From positions 21,153 through 85,152 of the forward strand of contig CAVTQU010000011.1 in NCBI GenBank assembly GCA_963736895.1: DNA of 64,000 bases. The letters run 5' to 3'. Below the pieces are notes generated by a model. The model did not search any database. It saw nothing but the letters and a program-made list of their open reading frames with translations, and was not told the DNA's origin. The DNA is from an uncultured Chloroflexia bacterium. GTDB taxonomy: Bacteria > Chloroflexota > Limnocylindria > Limnocylindrales > CSP1-4. Position 1 is the first letter of the stretch, and every line of letters begins with the position of its first letter. The translations under genes were made by a program, and so were the position numbers. Of this stretch, positions 57,399 through 64,000 are shown piece after piece.

Positions 57399-59939
57399 TC
57401 AGGGGGTCGTCCGCGCGATCGTCATGTGTGGATGCCCGAAATACTGGTAGGCCAGGTATGTCGATGAGATCGTGGACGGGTCGTTCTTGAACGCGGCTCG
57501 TTCCTCGCGCAGGATGTCCGCTGGCGTGCGTCCGGTGAGCGCCTTCTCGTAGAAGCGCAGGGCCAGCTCGCGGGCCATAACGTCGTCGATCGACCACAGT
57601 GGGGCGATGACACCCGATGCACCGGCAAAGAGGAACGCTTCGGCCATGCCGGCGTAGTCACCGAGGACCTGTTCGCCGCTGCCCACCTGGCACGCGTTCA
57701 GGAATACGAATGGGCGCGATCGCAGCGGGCTCCCGCGGATCTGCATGGGATCGAGAGTCAGGCCGTCGACCAGGACGATGCCGTCGATCTCCCCATTGGG
57801 GTCGTACTGCCCGTGGACAGCGAAGTGCAGCAGCTCCGCCTCGGGGTTGCCGCTCACAAGTCGCAGCACGTCCTGGCTTGCCGCGTTCACCTTGGTCGCG
57901 TCGTAGAGCTTGGCCAGCTCGTCGGCCTCCTGCTCGGCGTCGAGCAGCCGATCCCAGCCAGGCAGCTCATAGACGCCCGAGACGACCGCCATCTTGTGCA
58001 CGGACAGGGTCGCTGGCGGCGGCAGCTTGGGCCGATGCTGGCCCAACACCCACCGACCAACTGACGCCTGTGCCGCCAGGAACGGCGGCACAGCATCGTC
58101 CAGTGGCGGGTCCATGACCGCCAGCTCCCACGGCACGTACGGTTCCGCGGACAGGAAAAGGATCGTCGGCGGCCGGTCCGGGATGGTCTTTGCGACTTCC
58201 CGGATAACGTTCCAGAACTCGTCGGGCAGCTGGTCGGCGATGGTCAGGCCGATCCCCATGAGTGCGGCGTACATGCCCGGCTGCCCCTCGGCAGCATTCA
58301 TCTTGCGGATGATGTCGCGCAGGAAGAGGCCCGGCTCGTTGCCGATGTCCACCTCCATTGGGTCACTCGGGATCTTGATCTCCTGGTCGGATGCCAGCAT
58401 CTGGAGCAGCAGCCGGCCGGCAGGCTGACCCACGTCGACGCGGATCGTGAGGTCGGGCGGCACCGCATCGGTCGGCAGGACGATGTCCACCGGCTCTTCT
58501 TGCGGAGGCGGTTCGCTTGTCGCCAGCAACGCCGCATCCCTGGCGACCGCAATGGGGCGTGCAGCGAGCCCCACGGCCTGGCCCTCGATCGAATACATCG
58601 CCCGCACGGTGCGGGCCACGATCGGACGGGTCTGCGCCTCCGCGGCGAGATGGAGCACGCCCGTCGGGTACGGCGCCTCGCTTGTCACACGCAGGTCGAC
58701 GCGCCAGCTCTCGTTCGGGCGGACGAGTCGAAAGCCATCGGCGATGACCTGGATCGTCATCGTGTAGGCACCAACGATCCGCTCCGGCACGATCAACGGG
58801 CCGCCCACCACCTCGCTGTCCGCTTCCTGGGCGAGTCCGACGACCAGCTCGAACTGCTCCTCGGCAACGACCGCCTCCGGGCATTCGATGTGGGCGTAGC
58901 TCGAACGCGGCGGCGCTACCGCCGCGGCCGGCGGCGCGTCAGCCTCATGATCGGGCGGTTTCGCGTGGGTCGGATGGCCGCCCCTGGTCGTGTGGTGTTC
59001 GGGGATGGACTCCGGCTCCGGCTCCGGCGGTGGGGTCGATCCGTCGATTGCGCCGACACCCGCAATGATCGGCGGAGGCGGAAGCGGCATCGTTTCGGGC
59101 GGAGGCGAGGCAATCGTGATGGGCGGAGGGGGCGGGATGTATTCAGGAGGCGGGATGTATTCAGGAGGCGGGGGCGGCTGCTGCCCGTAAGTCGGCTGTC
59201 CGTAGGCACCTGGCCCGTAGCCGGGGCCGGTCGGCTGCTGGCTCGGCCGCCGCACAATGAATCCACCCAGCAGGACATGGCTCAGACCGCCGAGTCCGCC
59301 GGGCACGACGGTCCAGACGGCGAGGTTTCCTCCATCGGCAGGGACCCATCCTTGTTGTTGGGCGAGGATCAGGGCACCCGCACCAAGCGCCGCTCCGCCA
59401 ACCACCGACCTCCCCAAACCTCCGCCGCCACGGGCCCCGGCCAACAAGCCGGTTCCTGCCGCGACTACGCCAACACCGGCGAGGACCAGGCCAACGATGT
59501 CTGCAATGGTGATTCCGGCTCCGGTGACGTTGACCCAGACGGTCATCGGGGGACAGTCGTCAATCGTTGCTACAACCTGATAGAGCCCGGCTCCGTATGT
59601 CGCGTACTGGCCAATCGGGAGCGGTCCGGTCCAATGCTCCTGCCCCGTAGCGTCAGGCAGGTCCCTCGTGATTGGCAACGGTCCGAGCATCGCGGTCACG
59701 GACGCGTTTTCGATCGATCCGACGGTGTCGAGCGTCACCGTCGATGTTCCGTCGGCCGAGACCGATATCGGCTTGTCTGAAGTGGAGTGTCCGTTGATGC
59801 TCTGGTTATCGATTTGGATGCTGCATTGCGCTGCAGCGGCACGGGCCGCAGGCGGGCGAGCCAGTAACAGAAGCGGCATCACGATCAGGGCGGCGACGAG
59901 CAGACGCAGATAGAAGACTGGCCCCTCGTTTCGCGCCAT
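57399..59939 (-). CDS. CHAT-domain (caspase-like) protease: extracytoplasmic N-domain, 3 Gly-rich TM helices, Pro-rich linker, C-terminal CHAT
   Basis: Signal/anchor LRLLVAALIVMPLLLLA. LLHFAVHGQY (His) and FVFLNACQVG (Cys). 846 codons, intact. Confidence 0.8.
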   Translation of the reverse strand: MARNEGPVFYLRLLVAALIVMPLLLLARPPAARAAAAQCSIQIDNQSINGHSTSDKPISVSADGTSTVTLDTVGSIENASVTAMLGPLPITRDLPDATGQEHWTGPLPIGQYATYGAGLYQVVATIDDCPPMTVWVNVTGAGITIADIVGLVLAGVGVVAAGTGLLAGARGGGGLGRSVVGGAALGAGALILAQQQGWVPADGGNLAVWTVVPGGLGGLSHVLLGGFIVRRPSQQPTGPGYGPGAYGQPTYGQQPPPPPEYIPPPEYIPPPPPITIASPPPETMPLPPPPIIAGVGAIDGSTPPPEPEPESIPEHHTTRGGHPTHAKPPDHEADAPPAAAVAPPRSSYAHIECPEAVVAEEQFELVVGLAQEADSEVVGGPLIVPERIVGAYTMTIQVIADGFRLVRPNESWRVDLRVTSEAPYPTGVLHLAAEAQTRPIVARTVRAMYSIEGQAVGLAARPIAVARDAALLATSEPPPQEEPVDIVLPTDAVPPDLTIRVDVGQPAGRLLLQMLASDQEIKIPSDPMEVDIGNEPGLFLRDIIRKMNAAEGQPGMYAALMGIGLTIADQLPDEFWNVIREVAKTIPDRPPTILFLSAEPYVPWELAVMDPPLDDAVPPFLAAQASVGRWVLGQHRPKLPPPATLSVHKMAVVSGVYELPGWDRLLDAEQEADELAKLYDATKVNAASQDVLRLVSGNPEAELLHFAVHGQYDPNGEIDGIVLVDGLTLDPMQIRGSPLRSRPFVFLNACQVGSGEQVLGDYAGMAEAFLFAGASGVIAPLWSIDDVMARELALRFYEKALTGRTPADILREERAAFKNDPSTISSTYLAYQYFGHPHMTIARTTP

Positions 59940-60009
59940 CGGCGCGAGTGAACGACTTTAGAGGTGGCTAGTCAAGTCAGATTTGACTCAATGCCTGGTA
60001 GCAGGGCGA

Positions 60010-60492
60010 CTAAGCAGGGGTGGCGGCCGTCTCCGACGCAATGCCCGCCTTCTTTGCCCAAGCCGTGCAAAGTGCCTCGACGGATGCCGGAGCCACCTTG
60101 CCGATCGCGAGCGCGGCGACGACGCCGGCGATGGCGGGCGCGAAGCCGACCTGGGCTACCAACAATGTCGCGAGGCCGGCGGTGATCGTCATGCGGTTGC
60201 CGCCCAGGGTGGCGATGAACGCATCGAACCTGCCGCCCTGCATTCCGCTGCACACGAGTCCGTACCCCGCGCGCGAGAGCGTCGAGAACGCCTTTCGGCC
60301 GGCTTCGACCATGTCACCGAGAGCGATTCCCTTCGGCTCGAGCATTGACCGCGGTGGCGCGAACTGTCCCGCGATCGTGGGATCGCGTTGGATGGCCGAG
60401 ATACGCAGGCCAAGCTGTCGGTAAAGCTCGTCGTCGTCGGTGTCCTCAAGCTCTTGCGCAGCTTGCAGGGCCGACTCCATCAGCTCAGGCAT
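60010..60492 (-). CDS. hypothetical protein (first gene of the CHAT operon)
   Basis: GGGAGG SD, acidic N-terminus and hydrophobic Gly/Ala-rich C-terminal half. No family recognised. Confidence 0.5.
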   Translation of the reverse strand: MPELMESALQAAQELEDTDDDELYRQLGLRISAIQRDPTIAGQFAPPRSMLEPKGIALGDMVEAGRKAFSTLSRAGYGLVCSGMQGGRFDAFIATLGGNRMTITAGLATLLVAQVGFAPAIAGVVAALAIGKVAPASVEALCTAWAKKAGIASETAATPA

Positions 60493-60613
60493 GGCACCTC
60501 CCTGGCCAAAGCCGCGCGCCGTCAGGCGTGACTCGGCTCGACCGAACTATCGGCGGGAGTGTACTCAGCGGGCCACTATTAGTTAACCCACCAAATCAAA
60601 AAAAGAGGAGCGA

Positions 60614-61060
60614 CTAGACCGGAAGTAGAACGGCCAGCACGCCGACTGCCAGACCGATCAGGCCTGAGCCGATGCTGATCTGATAGGCACGCGCCTTGTC
60701 CCTGGCACGAGCCGCCTCATCCGCAACGTGCTCCGTGGTTCCAGGTCCCTCGAAGTTGAAGACGCCCAACTGTCCGAAGCCTGCACAGAACTTCAGGTAA
60801 GCCTGCATGTAACCGGATGCCGACACGGCGGCGGGCAGGGCGATCAGGAGCCGGGCGAGCGGCGGTGCATGCAGGGCGAGCAGGACGAGGAGCGCCCCAA
60901 TCGTGATCGCAGCTCCGACATGGCCGGCGCGGCGGCGCTTGGCGATCTCGGCAGGGCCGATGTTGCAGACGCCCGGCTGGTAGCGCGGCTCTTCGAACGA
61001 AATCGGTGGCGAGCCGGGGTTGGTCGGTGCCGACAGGTGAGCGGTGACGGTTGTTGCCAT
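60614..61060 (-). CDS. hypothetical 3-4 TM membrane protein with conserved Cys residues
   Basis: Start at MATTVTAHL. PGVCNIGPAEIAKRRRAGHVGA resembles the YgaP/DUF2892 NxGxxERxxR motif (from memory). Also YLKFCAGFG. Confidence 0.5.
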   Translation of the reverse strand: MATTVTAHLSAPTNPGSPPISFEEPRYQPGVCNIGPAEIAKRRRAGHVGAAITIGALLVLLALHAPPLARLLIALPAAVSASGYMQAYLKFCAGFGQLGVFNFEGPGTTEHVADEAARARDKARAYQISIGSGLIGLAVGVLAVLLPV

Positions 61061-61123
61061 GTGTGCGACAGGTATAGCCCAATTCGTCCCAGTTGACCTA
61101 CGACGAGTCCTCACTCGAATCAG

Positions 61124-62086
61124 CTAGTCAGAGTCGTCGCCACCGTGTCCGCTACTGCCGTCGCCACCACCAGTGTTTCCGACGTCCGCGCCGTCGTCGT
61201 TTCCAGGGCCGCTGTTGTCGTCGGCGGTGTCTCCGTCACCTTTGCCGGGGCCGCTGTTGTCGTCGGCGGTGTCTCCGTCACCGTTTCCGGGGCCGCTGTT
61301 GTCGTCGGCCTGGCCATCGTCACCATTGTCCTCGTCGGCATCATCACCCCCGCCGTTGTCGGCCGGGTCGCCGTCCGCCTCGTCGCCGGGGCCTTCGTTG
61401 TCGTCGTCGCCTCCGGTGCCGTGGTGGCCGTTATCCGAATCGCCGTCAGTTGCGCCACCATCGTCAGTGTCACCGTCGTGACCGTCGTGGTGCTGGCCAT
61501 TGTTTGCATCACCGTCGTCGTTTGCATCGCCGTCATCGTTGGTATCGCCGTCGTCGCGGGTGTCGCCGGGGTTGTCTGAGTCGGTGTCGTCGGGGGCCGG
61601 ATGGTCAACCACCGGCGTTTTGGTGCCGCGCGGGCTGACTGGCGGCGCAGGCGGCGTTGGCGGCAGGCCGTTGTGCTGCCCGTCGGGCGCGCTTGTTTCG
61701 CCTGACACGGGGACGAGACCGTGATTGTTAGCCGGGCCAGGATCCGGCGCGGTTGCCGGCGCAGCTTGACCGGAGCGCGCATGTTGCGTGACAGCTGTAT
61801 GAACGACGACTGCCGCCCCAGCCGCCGCCAGCGACGTCCCGATTGCAAGCAGCATCGCAACGACAGCCAGCAGCACCGCCGACTGGATGCGGACGCGCCG
61901 ACGGACGGTCGTGCCGCGAACAGTGGCCAGGTGCCAGGCAGACCAAACGGCACCGGATGCCATGGCGGCGTCGAGATTGCGAACGGCGGTGCGCAGCGAC
62001 CTGGCCGGCGACGGCACGGGCTCCTGCGCCACGCGGGCCATCACCAGGTCGGTGAATGCGCGATCGTTGAAAGCGAAGTCGGTCAT
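61124..62086 (-). CDS. anti-sigma-type membrane protein with an extreme Asp/Gly/Asn-rich extracytoplasmic tail
   Basis: ATGA overlap with the ECF sigma gene. One TM helix (AVLLAVVAMLLAIGTSLAAAGAAVVV). The ~170-aa tail is dominated by D/G/N/T. Confidence 0.65.
   Translation of the reverse strand: MTDFAFNDRAFTDLVMARVAQEPVPSPARSLRTAVRNLDAAMASGAVWSAWHLATVRGTTVRRRVRIQSAVLLAVVAMLLAIGTSLAAAGAAVVVHTAVTQHARSGQAAPATAPDPGPANNHGLVPVSGETSAPDGQHNGLPPTPPAPPVSPRGTKTPVVDHPAPDDTDSDNPGDTRDDGDTNDDGDANDDGDANNGQHHDGHDGDTDDGGATDGDSDNGHHGTGGDDDNEGPGDEADGDPADNGGGDDADEDNGDDGQADDNSGPGNGDGDTADDNSGPGKGDGDTADDNSGPGNDDGADVGNTGGGDGSSGHGGDDSD
61199..61312. repeat. 42-bp in-frame tandem repeat (~2.7 copies) inside the anti-sigma tail
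   Basis: GGCCGCTGTTGTCGTCGGCGGTGTCTCCGTCACC... recurs with a 42-nt period. It encodes GDGDTADDNSGPG(N/K). Confidence 0.75.
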
Positions 62087-62661
62087 GACGCAGACCTCAG
62101 GTCACCCTGGTCGCGCAGCCGTGCCAGTGCGCGATGCAGGCGCGACTTGACCGTTCCGAGCGGCGTGCCGGTGGTCAGGGCGATCTGCTCGAGCGGCATC
62201 TCCTGGTAGAACCGCAGCTCCACCACATGTCGCTGGTCAGCCGGCAGGTCACGGATGGCCTGGCGAACCGCGCTGGCGTTCTCGAGCATCAGGATCTCGC
62301 GCTCGGGGTTGGCGTGATCATCGAATGAGGGCTGATCGGACACGCTGGCCGCAGCGGTCTGCTCGTTCTTGATGGCGACCGCGCGAGCGATAGCCAGCCG
62401 AGTTGCGATGCGGCCGATCCAGGCTCCGAACGTGCCGTCCCCGCGATACGTGGCAAGTGATCGGTAGGCGCGAACGAATGCTTCCTGGGCGACGTCCTGG
62501 GCGTCGTCAGCATCGCGAAGAATGCCCAGGCACGTGCCGATCACCGAACGGGACTCCCGATCGACCAGCGTGCGGTAAGCCTCGACTTCCCCTGCCAGCA
62601 CAGCATCAACCAGCTCTCGATCGTTGGCGCGATTTAGGGCGCGATCGGGCTGAGTGGGCAT
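62083..62661 (-). CDS. ECF (sigma-70 family) RNA polymerase sigma factor
   Basis: DAQDVAQEAFVRAYRSLATYRGDGTFGAWIGRIATRLAI (region 2) and VVELRFYQEMPLEQIALTTGTPLGTVKSRLHRA (region 4). Confidence 0.85.
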   Translation of the reverse strand: MPTQPDRALNRANDRELVDAVLAGEVEAYRTLVDRESRSVIGTCLGILRDADDAQDVAQEAFVRAYRSLATYRGDGTFGAWIGRIATRLAIARAVAIKNEQTAAASVSDQPSFDDHANPEREILMLENASAVRQAIRDLPADQRHVVELRFYQEMPLEQIALTTGTPLGTVKSRLHRALARLRDQGDLRSAS

Positions 62662-62819
62662 TCAGGGATGCTGTTCGTGGCTGTTGGTCACGGCAATGAC
62701 CATGTGTAGTGTCGGGCACCGCCATAAAGTCCGGTTGGTCAACGAGCAACGGAAAGCGGGCCGGCCCTGTCGCCAGCCCGCCATCCGCGGCCGTTGAGAG
62801 GGGCGCGTCTCAGCGCTGG

Positions 62820-63563
62820 TTAGTTCACTCCCGGCTGATCGCCGTCATCGCCGTCGTCGCCGTCGTCGTTGTCGCAGTCGGGATCGTCCTCATCCTGGTC
62901 GTCCTCTGCGTCATCGTTGTCGCCGTCGTCGTTAGCGTCTTCGTCGTCGCCGTCGTTCTCACCGTCGTTGTCGGAGTCCTCGTCGTCGACGTCAGAACCG
63001 TGGTCCTGCTCATCGCCGTTCGAGACGCCGTCGTGGTCGCTGTCCTCATCGCCATCCTTGGTGCCGTCGTTGTCCGTGTCGGCATCGGTCGGGTTCAGGC
63101 GAGCGTTCGCTGACGTCTCGGTGCCATTGGACAGACCGTCGCAATCTTGGTCGTCGTTCTCATCCTCGACACCGTCGTTATCCGAATCGCCATCTTCGGG
63201 ATTCGTGTGTGACTCGAACTCGTCCTCGTCATCAAGGCCGTCGTGGTCCGAATCCTCGTCGCCATCATCGACATCGTCGTTATCGGTATCGGCATCCTGC
63301 GGATCGTCACTGACGGTCTGTTCCTGCCTGTTGGTCAGTCCATCGCGATCGGGATCTTCCTTGCCATCACGGACGCCGTCGTGGTCGCTGTCCGCACGAT
63401 TGGGATTGGTATGAGTCCAGTTACGCTCGAACCCGTTGCGGAGGCCGTCGCCGTCGCTGTCACGGTTGCCGGCTGCGGCCATGCCTGGCGCAGCGAGAGC
63501 ACCCACAAGAGCGCCCGCGACGACCGCGGCACGCAGCAGGTGGAACACCTTCATCGATTTCAT
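62820..63563 (-). CDS. secreted protein built from thrombospondin type-3-like Ca-binding repeats
   Basis: Start MKSMKVFHLLRAAVVAGALVGALAAPGMAAA (signal peptide). At least 8 DxDxDGxxDxxE/D units (DSDGDGLRNGFE, DSDHDGVRDGKED, DPDRDGLTN, DSDNDGVEDEND...). Poly-acidic C-terminus. Confidence 0.75.
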   Translation of the reverse strand: MKSMKVFHLLRAAVVAGALVGALAAPGMAAAGNRDSDGDGLRNGFERNWTHTNPNRADSDHDGVRDGKEDPDRDGLTNRQEQTVSDDPQDADTDNDDVDDGDEDSDHDGLDDEDEFESHTNPEDGDSDNDGVEDENDDQDCDGLSNGTETSANARLNPTDADTDNDGTKDGDEDSDHDGVSNGDEQDHGSDVDDEDSDNDGENDGDDEDANDDGDNDDAEDDQDEDDPDCDNDDGDDGDDGDQPGVN

Positions 63564-63727
63564 GTGGGCACTTCCCTCCGTGGCCAACTCGTCTTGTGAC
63601 GCCTCTGGTGGGCGCTTACCTAATCGAGCGGCATCGGGCGCGGAAGGTTCCGGCGCGAACCCATCCATTGGTCATGGAAGTTGGCACTGGAAGTTCGTAC
63701 TGTCCGTGGCTGGATGGCCGTGGAGGT

Positions 63728-64000
63728 CTAGCGCGGACCCTCGGCGAGGAATGCCAGGACGACGGGGGCGAGCTTCGGCGAGCCACCCACCGAGTAATGC
63801 GTCTCCCCTGGGATGATGGCCAGCTCGTGAATAGGCAGGCCTGAACGGTCCCAGCCGCCATCCTGCTTGCCGCCACCCAGTGCCTCGTACATCTCGGCCG
63901 CGTGGCTGGGCGGAGACATGTCGCCGTCGGCGAAGACGATCAGTGTCGGCATCTGGAGCTTGGGCAGGTCCGCTGAGTAATCGAAGCCGCCAGCCATCGA
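63728..64000 (-). CDS. alpha/beta hydrolase, C-terminal part only (5' end off window)
   Basis: ...LQMPTLIVFADGDMSPPSHAAEMYEAL...IPGETHYS... is the typical Asp/His end of the fold. The frame is open to the window edge. Confidence 0.6.
   Translation of the reverse strand, partial: SMAGGFDYSADLPKLQMPTLIVFADGDMSPPSHAAEMYEALGGGKQDGGWDRSGLPIHELAIIPGETHYSVGGSPKLAPVVLAFLAEGPR

Noticed and set aside
58500-59780. 426-codon plus-strand ORF
   Set aside because: Shadow ORF opposite CHAT-2. The product is Arg/Gly-rich with no motifs.
61130-63330. Highly repetitive GAC/GGC/GTC-rich DNA that could be mistaken for a CRISPR or other non-coding array
   Set aside because: The repeats are in-frame codon repeats (42-bp period, Asp/Gly-rich) inside two protein-coding genes. 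There are no unique spacers of constant length and no cas genes in the window.

Overview
GC-rich, gene-dense chromosomal segment with about 70 protein-coding genes. I recognised no rRNA, tRNA, CRISPR array, transposase or integrase. Gene content looks like a monoderm high-GC soil bacterium (actinobacterial or Chloroflexi-like): SigJ/ECF41 sigma factor, F420 Ddn-like reductase, near-leaderless promoters.

Positions 1-44 kb are an ordinary housekeeping/accessory mix:
- a rhodanese/MBL sulfur cluster and a VapBC toxin-antitoxin pair
- an ECF sigma module and a Kelch lipoprotein
- a folE/RibD_C/ferredoxin-reductase operon
- three class III nucleotide cyclases with unusual sensor fusions, and a fused response-regulator/thioredoxin reductase
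- a DRG-like GTPase, two csp paralogs, a DEAD-box helicase, TetR-MFS, pirin, a Dyp peroxidase and HtrA

About 25 of these genes are broken by +/-1 frameshifts, roughly 35-40 breaks by manual count. I list them as pseudogenes 'as sequenced', but they may be assembly indels.

Positions 44-64 kb contain no frameshift that I could find and hold the unusual content. An XRE-HTH/TPR regulator lies divergent from an unannotated 36-codon signal-peptide-like ORF, which looks like an RRNPP-style receptor/propeptide pair. It is followed by:
- a cytoplasmic thermolysin-like HExxH metallopeptidase
- an MBL hydrolase
- two membrane-anchored CHAT (caspase-like) proteases with mirror-image topologies
- a second, Cys-rich HExxHxxGxxD metallopeptidase
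- a PhoD-like phosphoesterase and a GMC oxidoreductase
- two stand-alone inverted copies of the metallopeptidases' terminal domains
- a contractile-tail sheath gene remnant

I flag this as a candidate undescribed proteolytic signalling or conflict locus. Its function is inference only. An ECF sigma/anti-sigma pair with a poly-acidic tail and a secreted TSP3-repeat protein close the window.
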